In this document: positions 8,897-17,362 of the stretch, in pieces | How the letters are laid out: each line of letters starts with the position of its first letter | How positions within the stretch are numbered: the first letter of the stretch is position 1 | From: Candidatus Woesearchaeota archaeon | GTDB lineage: Archaea; Nanobdellota; Nanobdellia; Pacearchaeales; GW2011-AR1 | NCBI GenBank assembly: GCA_964358765.1 | Contig: CAYHPN010000001.1 | Coordinates: 27,182-91,181, forward strand | Direction: 5' to 3' | Length of the DNA stretch: 64,000 nucleotides | The notes under the pieces: model-generated | Database searches by the model: none | What the model was told of the DNA's origin: nothing | What the model saw: only the letters and a program-made list of their open reading frames with translations | Made by a program: the position numbers and the translations under genes

Positions 8897-10637
8897 TTTT
8901 AACAGTTATCCAGTCAATATTTGTTAGAAATAAGTCTTTTAATAGTTTGCTATACTTCTTTGTCTTTCCATCTTCCTCTATAAGGTTAAAACCAAGAAGA
9001 TCGTAAAAATCTTTAACCTGCTCATTTTTATCTGATTGTATGTATTCCGCATGGACTAATTTGTCATTTCTTAAACTTTTAATTGACTCCAAAAAGAACT
9101 GATTCTCAATTTTTCTAGATAATATTCTGCAGCTTAGAAGAAAAGTATCTAGGAAATAGTCTTTACCTTCATCTTTTATGATTATCACTCCAGTTAGACC
9201 TAGTTCCCCAAATTTATCTTTTACACTTAAAGAATAAACTGAATATTCTCTACTTTCCATCATACTTTTTACTTGTTCAAGAGTGTACCTTTTTGTTCTA
9301 AGATTGAATTGATTTGTTTTATTTATTAATTGAACTATTCTTTCAATATTTTCAAAATCATCTATTTTTACAGTTATTGAGGTCTCCAGCTTCTTAAGGT
9401 ATTCTTCAATAGAATAACTTTCCTTTAATTCATTTCTTTTTAATTCCAGGCTATACATTTCATGTCTTTTTTTGTCCTCTTCTGTTAAAGACAGAGATTT
9501 AAAGTAAGGCATTTCTTTTAATATTGCAGGAAGCAAAGCTACATCCTTTGGAAAATCAATAACTTCAATCATTGGAAGAGCTGTTTTAACTTCTAAACGT
9601 TCTGCAGGATTGTCATCAAGAAAAACAAAACTGTCTAAACCTAAATTAAGCTCTTTTGCAATTGACTGAATATTCAAAGATTTTGGCTGCCAATTTATCT
9701 TTTTTATTATAAAATCTTCGCTTTTAAGAATCATGTTTCTATTATTAGAAAAAACCTCAGAGACATCAGTTTCATTATTTTTTGATGAAATAGCTATTAC
9801 GACCCCCATTTTCTTATAATTTAGTATTACTTTCTGCACCTCTTTATATATCTCTCCAACTGGCCCTTCTCCTATTCCAATACCCAGCGCACCTTCTTCT
9901 CCCACTACTCCACGCCATAAGGTATTATCTAAATCGACCACCAAGACTTTTTTATTTTTACCATAAGCTGCTTTAATAAATAATGTAAATTCTTCAGAAA
10001 TTTTTTCTGCTCCAAGAGAAGAAAGCAATATTTTTCCTAGAAAAAACATTTTCTCATCGAAGATATTTTTTTTTCCATAAAAAGAACAAATTTTCTCAAA
10101 ATCAAGTAATTCTAGAGACTTACTTTCTTTTTTTATCTCTATAAGGCCATTATTAAATAATTCTATTGCAGAATGAATGCCCTCATCTCTACTAATATCC
10201 ATTAAACCATAAGGAGAGTACATAAAATGGTCTAAATTTGTAAGAATAATTTTAGATTTTAACCTAGTACTCAAGATTGCTGTTTTAATAAAACTAACTT
10301 TCTCATTTATAAGCTCATTAATTTCTTTTTTATTCTTATCTAGAATTGTAAATTCTAAGTCCTCTAAATAACTCCTCGAGTTTAGTGCAATCAAAATCAC
10401 GTCTGGCTTAAACTCATAAAGAAATGAAGATTCGTCCATCAATTCCTGAATAAACTGATTGTAGCCTCCAAACTTAATTATTGGTTTATACCCGCTAATT
10501 AAAAGATTATATTTTAATGGGTAAAGAATATTTTTTAAAGTGTATGTGCTCAACACGGCTATTTTTAATTCTTTAAAGTCCTTATCTTTTTTATCACTTT
10601 CAAATTCCTTTACTAATTTCTCATATTCTTTAATCAT
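8889..10637 (-). CDS. FkbH-like HAD-IIIC phosphatase/loader with a C-terminal acyltransferase-like half
   Basis: The HAD motif I is VLVVDLDNTLWRGVVGEEG (DxDxT), characteristic of the FkbH/HAD-IIIC subfamily. IAISSKNN and FLDDNP match HAD motifs II/III. The C-terminal roughly 180 aa (ELGLTGVIII...FLLSCRILSRKIE) looks GNAT-like. Confidence 0.7.
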   Translation of the reverse strand: MIKEYEKLVKEFESDKKDKDFKELKIAVLSTYTLKNILYPLKYNLLISGYKPIIKFGGYNQFIQELMDESSFLYEFKPDVILIALNSRSYLEDLEFTILDKNKKEINELINEKVSFIKTAILSTRLKSKIILTNLDHFMYSPYGLMDISRDEGIHSAIELFNNGLIEIKKESKSLELLDFEKICSFYGKKNIFDEKMFFLGKILLSSLGAEKISEEFTLFIKAAYGKNKKVLVVDLDNTLWRGVVGEEGALGIGIGEGPVGEIYKEVQKVILNYKKMGVVIAISSKNNETDVSEVFSNNRNMILKSEDFIIKKINWQPKSLNIQSIAKELNLGLDSFVFLDDNPAERLEVKTALPMIEVIDFPKDVALLPAILKEMPYFKSLSLTEEDKKRHEMYSLELKRNELKESYSIEEYLKKLETSITVKIDDFENIERIVQLINKTNQFNLRTKRYTLEQVKSMMESREYSVYSLSVKDKFGELGLTGVIIIKDEGKDYFLDTFLLSCRILSRKIENQFFLESIKSLRNDKLVHAEYIQSDKNEQVKDFYDLLGFNLIEEDGKTKKYSKLLKDLFLTNIDWITVKNG

Positions 10638-10977
10638 TCTTAGTCCTCAGTGCTACAGCAAAAGCATATTCCCCACTGTGAGAAATGCTTACTGAAAAAT
10701 TACTTTTTTGGGAAAAATCTTTTTTTATTATTTTTACAATAGGTTTTCCAGAATCTTCCCTATTTATTTCAATTTCATTTAATAGTATATCTTGTTTAGA
10801 GAGAGTTTTAATAATTGCTTCTTTTGCACAGAATAAACCGCATAATGTTATGTGCGGAGAATCTTTTGAAAAAGCATGGACAATCTCATTTGGAGTAAAG
10901 TTATTCTTTACAAAAGAACTATTTTTATCCAATTTGAATCTTTCTATATTTTCTAAATCTGTTCCTATTTCTATCAT
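10630..10977 (-). CDS. acpS: Holo-ACP synthase (4'-phosphopantetheinyl transferase, AcpS type)
   Basis: It is 115 aa. IGTDLENIERF matches the G(I/T)D(I/L)xxIxRF motif, and FCAKEAIIKT and SISHSGEYAFAVA match the AcpS core motifs. Confidence 0.7.
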   Translation of the reverse strand: MIEIGTDLENIERFKLDKNSSFVKNNFTPNEIVHAFSKDSPHITLCGLFCAKEAIIKTLSKQDILLNEIEINREDSGKPIVKIIKKDFSQKSNFSVSISHSGEYAFAVALRTKND

Positions 10978-11678
10978 TTTATTATAAAATTTTTTCCCCT
11001 TATTGAACCATTGTTCACTATTTCCATAATTTTGGCAGCCACCCTATCTGGAGAGAGAAAATTACGGGTTTTTAACTGTATCTCTTTGATTGCAGAAGGC
11101 ACGGAAACAGTTTTATTATTTAAATTCATTTTCCATAGAAAATCAGTGTTCATTTTGCTTGGTGAGACTGAATTAACCCGAATCTTGAGATGTTCAAGAT
11201 CTTTAGTCAAAGATTTCATTAACCCAAATAATGCAAATTTTGAAGTTATGTAAGGAGAAAAATTCTTTTGAGGCTTTGCTATCATTTCACTAAGTATGAA
11301 GATAATATTTGAATCCTCCTTCATTTTTGGAATTATTTTCTTTAAAAAGTAAATATAGTTGAAGAAATTTATTGCAAACTCTTTTTTGAAAGTGTCTAGA
11401 TCTATCTTTTCAAATTTTTCAAATGTTAGAGTATTTGCGATAGTGCTTGTAAAAAAATCTATGTTATCAATTTCTGCAACTTCTTTAAAAAATGAGTCAA
11501 TTGAATCTATGCTACCCATGTCCAAATTATGAAGTTTTACCTTATCTTGAGCAAAATTATTTTCCCCAAGATTGTTCTTAAAAGACGAGCCTATAATGTA
11601 AAATCCCTCTTTTACTAATGCCTCTACTATTGCTTTCCCCAATGTTCCTGTCGCACCTAAAACTACTGCCTTTTTCAT
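10974..11678 (-). CDS. Short-chain dehydrogenase/reductase (FabG-like ketoreductase)
   Basis: The cofactor motif is VVLGATGTLGKAI (TGxxxGxG) and the catalytic motif is YITSKFAL (YxxxK). It overlaps both neighbouring genes by 4 nt. Confidence 0.7.
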   Translation of the reverse strand: MKKAVVLGATGTLGKAIVEALVKEGFYIIGSSFKNNLGENNFAQDKVKLHNLDMGSIDSIDSFFKEVAEIDNIDFFTSTIANTLTFEKFEKIDLDTFKKEFAINFFNYIYFLKKIIPKMKEDSNIIFILSEMIAKPQKNFSPYITSKFALFGLMKSLTKDLEHLKIRVNSVSPSKMNTDFLWKMNLNNKTVSVPSAIKEIQLKTRNFLSPDRVAAKIMEIVNNGSIRGKNFIIK

Positions 11679-12091
11679 CTTAAAACCTTTACATGTATCG
11701 TCCCTTCTTGTAGGATGGTATTTTTAACATTTGTTATTCTCGTTTCTAGTACAATAATTTTTAAAGGATCGACTTTTTTTATTATTTTTCCCTCTATTTT
11801 AACAGTATCTCCTATAAAGAAAGGTTTTTTCATGTTAATATCTACTTTTAATATTAATGAGTATTTTCCAGGAAGAAAAACCCCGCATAAAGTTGATAAA
11901 AAAGAAGTTAAAAGCAAACCATGACCTACTCTTTTACCAAAGATAGTATTTTCTGAATAATTTTCATCCATATGAAGAGGATTAATATCTCCAGTTAATT
12001 TTGAAAAAGAGTCTAGATCTTTCTTTTCTATTTTTCTAGAAAAAAAATGACTCATCCCTATATTAAGATCATCGTAAGTATACTCGTTCAT
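11675..12091 (-). CDS. MaoC-like hot-dog-fold dehydratase/hydratase
   Basis: GDINPLHMDENYSENTIFGKRVGHGLL matches the MaoC dehydratase signature (D-x-N-P-x-H...G-x-x-x-x-H-G). It is 138 aa. Confidence 0.7.
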   Translation of the reverse strand: MNEYTYDDLNIGMSHFFSRKIEKKDLDSFSKLTGDINPLHMDENYSENTIFGKRVGHGLLLTSFLSTLCGVFLPGKYSLILKVDINMKKPFFIGDTVKIEGKIIKKVDPLKIIVLETRITNVKNTILQEGTIHVKVLR

Positions 12092-12164
12092 TTTTTAAAT
12101 AACGTATATTCTTTTATAAATTTTATGGAATTATTAATTTTGAAGGGGAAAATCTACCAAGTAA

Positions 12165-13202
12165 CTAGTCTTTGAACTCTTTCTTACAAGGACTTTTAAA
12201 CGAACTCATATTAGCCATATCTTCTTTAATTTTCTGTGAAAACTCTGTTGCACCTTGATAATTTAAATGAGTATCATCGCCAAAATATTCTGATTTATTG
12301 AAGTAAATATCGTAATAATTAATATAGTAATAATTACAGCCAATGCTTTTTTCTATTTCTTTAAATAGATAACTATAATAATTATCTAGAGATATATTCT
12401 TATCCTTTATCATTAAGCTGTATTCTTTAGAATGAGGATAAGTTAACAAAATAACTGTGATATTATTAACTTTGGCATATTTTATCATCTTAAAAAAATA
12501 TTCTAGAGAAATATTACTACGCATATTTTGGCCCTTATAAAACAAATTAAAACTTCTATCTACAAAATATGATTTATTTTTTTCTGAAAAAGATTCGTTA
12601 TTTATGATCCAGCCTGATTTTATATTAGTCCATTCTGGAGATTTTATAAAGATCCCGAATTCTTCACCTCTCCCAATCACAGGCAAATAAGACTCGATAA
12701 ATATTTTAACGAAAGAGTCTTTTTGGAGTATCTCTTTTATTTCCTTCTGTGAAACAAACCTTGAATATAATGGAAGTTCATTGAATAAAAAATCATCTTT
12801 AGTATAATAAGTTGAAAAAGTGTGAGGATCAAGCTGCAATATAATTTTATCAATAGATAGGTTATCTTTTTCAATGATCTTCCTTAATTTATAATAAGAT
12901 TTTATATAGTTTTCACTTCCACTGCCGTAATTATAAGATTTATTAAAGAAAACGGGGTTAATATCATGAAAAGGATGCGAATCTCCAAAGAAGATAATAT
13001 TTAATTTTTTATCTGGGATGTTATTTACGAATGTATAATAGTCTAACTCTTTTCTATAAAAAGTTTTCTTAGTTAGAACAGAAGTAACATAAATATTATT
13101 AAGAAGCAATATTATAAAAATTGCAGAGATTATAAAAATTATGAAAAACTTAATAATTTTTTTATCTAGATTATTTTTTTTCATATTAAATTTAAAAAGC
13201 AT
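12165..13202 (-). CDS. Membrane-anchored DltD-like/SGNH-like partner protein (subfamily B paralogue 2)
   Basis: It has an N-terminal TM helix (IIKFFIIFIISAIFIILLL), FFGDSHPFHDINP (GDSH) and a C-terminal GDDTHLNYQGA (DxxH). It is collinear with 6174-7193. Confidence 0.55.
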   Translation of the reverse strand: MLFKFNMKKNNLDKKIIKFFIIFIISAIFIILLLNNIYVTSVLTKKTFYRKELDYYTFVNNIPDKKLNIIFFGDSHPFHDINPVFFNKSYNYGSGSENYIKSYYKLRKIIEKDNLSIDKIILQLDPHTFSTYYTKDDFLFNELPLYSRFVSQKEIKEILQKDSFVKIFIESYLPVIGRGEEFGIFIKSPEWTNIKSGWIINNESFSEKNKSYFVDRSFNLFYKGQNMRSNISLEYFFKMIKYAKVNNITVILLTYPHSKEYSLMIKDKNISLDNYYSYLFKEIEKSIGCNYYYINYYDIYFNKSEYFGDDTHLNYQGATEFSQKIKEDMANMSSFKSPCKKEFKD

Positions 13203-13334
13203 TTAATTTTATACTAAAATCTATTTTTGATACCATTAACTTGTAAAATATATTAACAATATAAACTTTGCCTTGTATTACTTAAGTATTAATCAAGCAA
13301 TATATTAAAAAACCTTAATTTCCTACGATACAAG

Positions 13335-14420
13335 ATGAAAATAGCCATAGTTGAACCTTATATTGGGGGATTGGGAGGAGCACAGAAAGTTATATCTGAG
13401 TACACCTCATTTCTTAAAACAAAGGGGCATGAGGTTGAGATATTCACTTGCAGAAAGGAAAAATCTCCATATAGCAAGTTTAATAAAATAAAAATAAATG
13501 TGTTTGGATACCGATCAAAATATCTTTCCGCAGTAAATTTTTTATTTAAAAAGATAAAAGGTTTTGATATAATAATTGCAAATGATTTTCCTTCTTATTT
13601 AATAAGCATCTTCAATAAAAATGTTGTCTGGGTATGCTACTCTCCAAAAAGGGATTTTTATGATTTAAAAGATTTTGCATTTAAAAATGCAAATTTTAAA
13701 GGTAAACTAATTCACCTAATAAAAAGGTTGTTTTTAAAAAAGATAGATCTAATTTCGGCAAGAAGAATGAAAGTCATATTTGCGATAAGTAAAAATGTTG
13801 AAAGTAGAATATTAAAATATTACAATACCCAATCCAGAATATTCTATCCAGGAATATATAATTCTGTATATTTTAACAAAGATTATAACAATAATTTTCT
13901 TTCGGTTGCTAGATTTGTTCCGCCTAAAAGGGTAGAAAACATAGTTAGAGCTATGGAGCATGTCAAAGATAAAAGAGCAAAGTTATTGGTAATAGGCGAA
14001 GGAGGAGATAAAGAAAAAATAGTTAATTTGTGCAAAAATAAGGATAATATTAAATTTATAGGAAAAGTGAGCGAGAAAAAATTAAAAGACTTGTATGCTC
14101 GGTGCAGAGCTGTTATTTACGTACCAGTAGATGAAGATTGGGGGCTTGTTCCACTAGAAGCAGCAGCATCAGGAAAAACCACAATAGGAGTGAATGAGGG
14201 AGGCTTAAAAGAATACATTATCAATAATAAAAATGGTTTTCTGCTGGAAAACCCTAGTCCAGTTAATATTGCCAAGAAGATTGATTTATTGATGGGAGAT
14301 AAACAACTTGCTAAAAAAATGGGCGGGGAAGCTAAAAAAGGTGCTGAAAAATTTAATTGGATAAATCTATTACCAAAATTTGAAAAAGAGATAAGCCAGA
14401 TAAAGAGAGATCTAGTTTAA
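13335..14420 (+). CDS. GT-B glycosyltransferase, family 4-like
   Basis: The EX7E region reads EDWGLVPLEAAASGKTTIGVNEGGLKEYI. The N-terminus (KIAIVEPYIGGLGGAQKV) is typical of GT4. Confidence 0.75.
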   Translation: MKIAIVEPYIGGLGGAQKVISEYTSFLKTKGHEVEIFTCRKEKSPYSKFNKIKINVFGYRSKYLSAVNFLFKKIKGFDIIIANDFPSYLISIFNKNVVWVCYSPKRDFYDLKDFAFKNANFKGKLIHLIKRLFLKKIDLISARRMKVIFAISKNVESRILKYYNTQSRIFYPGIYNSVYFNKDYNNNFLSVARFVPPKRVENIVRAMEHVKDKRAKLLVIGEGGDKEKIVNLCKNKDNIKFIGKVSEKKLKDLYARCRAVIYVPVDEDWGLVPLEAAASGKTTIGVNEGGLKEYIINNKNGFLLENPSPVNIAKKIDLLMGDKQLAKKMGGEAKKGAEKFNWINLLPKFEKEISQIKRDLV

Positions 14421-14429
14421 TACATTCTT

Positions 14430-15542
14430 TTAAATCAATTCATTTATTGCTTTTTTTACTTCTTCTAGCGTTATATTCAGTATACAGCTTTGGTCTTCAT
14501 CTCCACAGGGATCGCCTTTAGAATTTTTTGGGTGAAATAAAACACGGAAGTTTTTCTTTTCCTGCCAAGGACCCCATTCAGTCGGGGTGCTCCTGCTCAT
14601 TAAATCGATAGTTTTAATATTTAGTGCTGAAGCGATATGAATAATACTCGTGTCAGGCGCAAGTAATAATTTTGCTTTGGATAAAAGACAAATTAATTCT
14701 TTTAAATCTAGTTCTCCAGCTAAAACTATAGTATTTCTTTTATTTTTTACAAGATATTTGATATTGTTTGCTAATTGGGCTTCATCCTTGATTCCCGTTA
14801 TAATAACTTTAAGATTTTCCTTTTCTATTAAATAGTCTGCAATTTTAGCAAATCTTTCCTCCGGCCATTTTCTGGAGAGATGCTTCCCTTCGCCGTATTT
14901 GCCAAAACCTGGATGAATTATTACAAAATCTTTTATTCCGTTTTTCTTTAACACTAAGTTGACTCTTTTCATTTTAATTTTATCTATAAATACCTCCATC
15001 TTTGGATCTTTATTATTAAGGCCTATTAAATTGAGAAACATTGCATTTGATTCTACAGCATGCTTATTTTTGAATTTAAGAGGAAATATTCTTCTAGTGA
15101 AGAAAAAAGCTGGACCTTCTTTTATCATTTTGAAGCAGCCCACCCTATAAGGAATGCCGGCCTTTAGACATAAAGTTGAAATTTTCAGAGATCCAGGCCA
15201 GAGAATAATTGCAAGATCATATTTATTTTTTATATTTTCTAGATTTTTTTTAAAATTTTCTTCGTAATTGATTATTTTTCTTATATTTGGATTATCTCTT
15301 AAAATTATTGAAGGCCCTTGCATTGCAAGAAAATCAACATTGCAGTTGATATTTTCTTTTAAAGTCTTTAAAACTGGAGTGCATGCTAGTAATTCCCCTA
15401 TAGCCCCCAAATGAATGACTAAGGCATTTTTTATTTTATCTTTCTTAATTAATTTAAATTTAGATAGATCAAAAACCATCCAAAATACATAATCTAAAAA
15501 TAATAATATATCTTTGACTTTTTTTTTAATATGATCTCTCAT
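14430..15542 (-). CDS. Glycosyltransferase family 9 (heptosyltransferase-like)
   Basis: LLLAPDTSIIHIASALNIKTIDL matches the GT9 xDSGxxHxAxAL motif region. IIHPGFG...RKWPEERFAKIADYL matches the central K(R/K)WP motif. Confidence 0.7.
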   Translation of the reverse strand: MRDHIKKKVKDILLFLDYVFWMVFDLSKFKLIKKDKIKNALVIHLGAIGELLACTPVLKTLKENINCNVDFLAMQGPSIILRDNPNIRKIINYEENFKKNLENIKNKYDLAIILWPGSLKISTLCLKAGIPYRVGCFKMIKEGPAFFFTRRIFPLKFKNKHAVESNAMFLNLIGLNNKDPKMEVFIDKIKMKRVNLVLKKNGIKDFVIIHPGFGKYGEGKHLSRKWPEERFAKIADYLIEKENLKVIITGIKDEAQLANNIKYLVKNKRNTIVLAGELDLKELICLLSKAKLLLAPDTSIIHIASALNIKTIDLMSRSTPTEWGPWQEKKNFRVLFHPKNSKGDPCGDEDQSCILNITLEEVKKAINELI

Positions 15543-15545
15543 TTT

Positions 15546-16283
15546 TTAATTTTTTTCGTTTTTAGCTATTACCATATACTCCCAAGGACTTATTTTTCCT
15601 ATTAATTTCTCTATAGAATATCTAAACCTTGGGAAGAAGAGAAAGAGTGCACTGAGATATTTATTTAAGTACGCTCCTTTAATTATCTTTATATCATAAA
15701 AATCATTATCTGCTAATATCCTATAGAGAGCTTCTGGAGGAAAAGGTCTCTTGTGGGTATAATCTTTATAAAAGTCTTTAAATTTAAAATTTGGCACTGC
15801 AATCAAAATAATGCCTCTGTTTACTAAAACTCTTTTTATATTTTTAATAGCTTCTTCTGGCTCGCCTAAATGCTCCAAAATATGAAACATGGTTACTCCA
15901 TCAAAAAATGAATCTTTATAAGGTAAATCCTTTGTGACATCGCAAAACTTTACTTTATAGCCTTGTTTTTTTAAATCAATCACTTCTTTTTCTACTACGT
16001 CAATTCCATACATATCGATGCTTGGAGGCGCTGTTTTCATAAACTGGCCTCTCCCAAACCCTATATCTAGAACTCTTCGGCAATTATTTAAAAATCTCCA
16101 TTTATCCTTTAACATTAATGAATAATGATAATCTGAATTCTTTTTTATAAAAAAGCCATTTTTACTAAAATTATTTCTTAATTTATATAATCCCTTCTTG
16201 GAATTAAACTCTACATTGCTGTCAAAATATTTATTTGAATAGTTTTTCATTGTGAAGCCTTTGGAGGGTTTCTCTCTGCTCAA
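15546..16283 (-). CDS. Class I SAM-dependent methyltransferase
   Basis: VLDIGFGRGQF is motif I. FDGVTMFHILEHL and GIILIAVPN follow the Methyltransf_11 pattern. The true start may be the internal ATG at 16250 (MKNYSNKYF). Confidence 0.65.
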   Translation of the reverse strand: MSREKPSKGFTMKNYSNKYFDSNVEFNSKKGLYKLRNNFSKNGFFIKKNSDYHYSLMLKDKWRFLNNCRRVLDIGFGRGQFMKTAPPSIDMYGIDVVEKEVIDLKKQGYKVKFCDVTKDLPYKDSFFDGVTMFHILEHLGEPEEAIKNIKRVLVNRGIILIAVPNFKFKDFYKDYTHKRPFPPEALYRILADNDFYDIKIIKGAYLNKYLSALFLFFPRFRYSIEKLIGKISPWEYMVIAKNEKN

Positions 16284-16294
16284 TTAAAATGTTT

Positions 16295-17362
16295 CTATAT
16301 CTTTAATTGATAATCTACTACAGAGGCTCTTTTTATAACCTTTGCTTCTATGTAATTTAGTATGGTTTCTGCTATTATTTTGTGGCCTTTCCAATTAGCC
16401 ACTCTGCCTTCTGGAGTAAAATAATCTTTATACTCTTTATTGTTAACCCAGGGATAAACATCAATAAAATCAATTCCTTGCTCAACACACAAATCTTTAA
16501 CCTTTTTTTGTGGCAGTAGGCCATAATTTTCATCATCTTTCATTTGTACTATATATGGGTACATTACCACTAAAAGACTTTTATTTTCAGATTTTAGACC
16601 ATTACTAAAATTAACCAGCTCATTTGAATAATTACTCCAGACTGTAGAATTATCCCATTGAAAATAAACATACTTCAAATAACCCTTATTCACGAATCCA
16701 TAATCTCTATTGTTATATAGATAATATAAAAGAACACAGCTTTGACACATATTTTTAACATAGCTTTCGATCTTGCTATCTGGAACATATACGTCGCCAT
16801 ATTTATCCATTAAAAAATTAATTTTTTCTAAATCTGGATCTAATATATCATTCATTGCTACAACGACTATCACTAAATCGGGATTATATTTTTTGCCCTC
16901 TTCATAATACCTAATATATTCCTGGGCGGGCTGATAACCTGGGACTGCAAAATTGATAACCTCCATATTGTATCCTTTTTCCTTTAAGTTTTTCTGCAGA
17001 ACCGAACTAATTAACTCATTTTTTTCAACCCTTATTCCAAAAGCAAGCGTATCTCCTAAAATTAATATTCTAAAAAGTCCTTTTTCTTTAGTGTAATTGT
17101 GAAAATCATCCCTTAACCCTTCGTCATTTATTTTTACAGGAATTTTTAATTCTTCGCCATTCCTTCCCAATATCATGCCTTGAAAATCAGGCCTTAATTT
17201 ATATCCTGAAAGATTATCTTTAATCAATAAACCCTCTTGGTAGGTTCTATGAGGAGGCTCCCAATATATTCTTACAACAACTTCTATAAAAATGAGAATA
17301 ATTAATAAAAACAGAAACAATTTTATCATGTTTTTTAATTTAATCTTTTGCATATTTCTCAC
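16295..17362 (-). CDS. Membrane-anchored SGNH-like protein with degenerate catalytic motifs (subfamily A paralogue 3)
   Basis: It is collinear with 2830-3873. Block I reads LILGDTLAFGIR (Thr in place of the nucleophile Ser, and no GSG). No DxxH block V is present (TPEGRVANWKGHKI). The ORF overlaps the carbamoyltransferase 3' end, so the real start is probably an internal Met. Confidence 0.55.
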   Translation of the reverse strand: MRNMQKIKLKNMIKLFLFLLIILIFIEVVVRIYWEPPHRTYQEGLLIKDNLSGYKLRPDFQGMILGRNGEELKIPVKINDEGLRDDFHNYTKEKGLFRILILGDTLAFGIRVEKNELISSVLQKNLKEKGYNMEVINFAVPGYQPAQEYIRYYEEGKKYNPDLVIVVVAMNDILDPDLEKINFLMDKYGDVYVPDSKIESYVKNMCQSCVLLYYLYNNRDYGFVNKGYLKYVYFQWDNSTVWSNYSNELVNFSNGLKSENKSLLVVMYPYIVQMKDDENYGLLPQKKVKDLCVEQGIDFIDVYPWVNNKEYKDYFTPEGRVANWKGHKIIAETILNYIEAKVIKRASVVDYQLKI

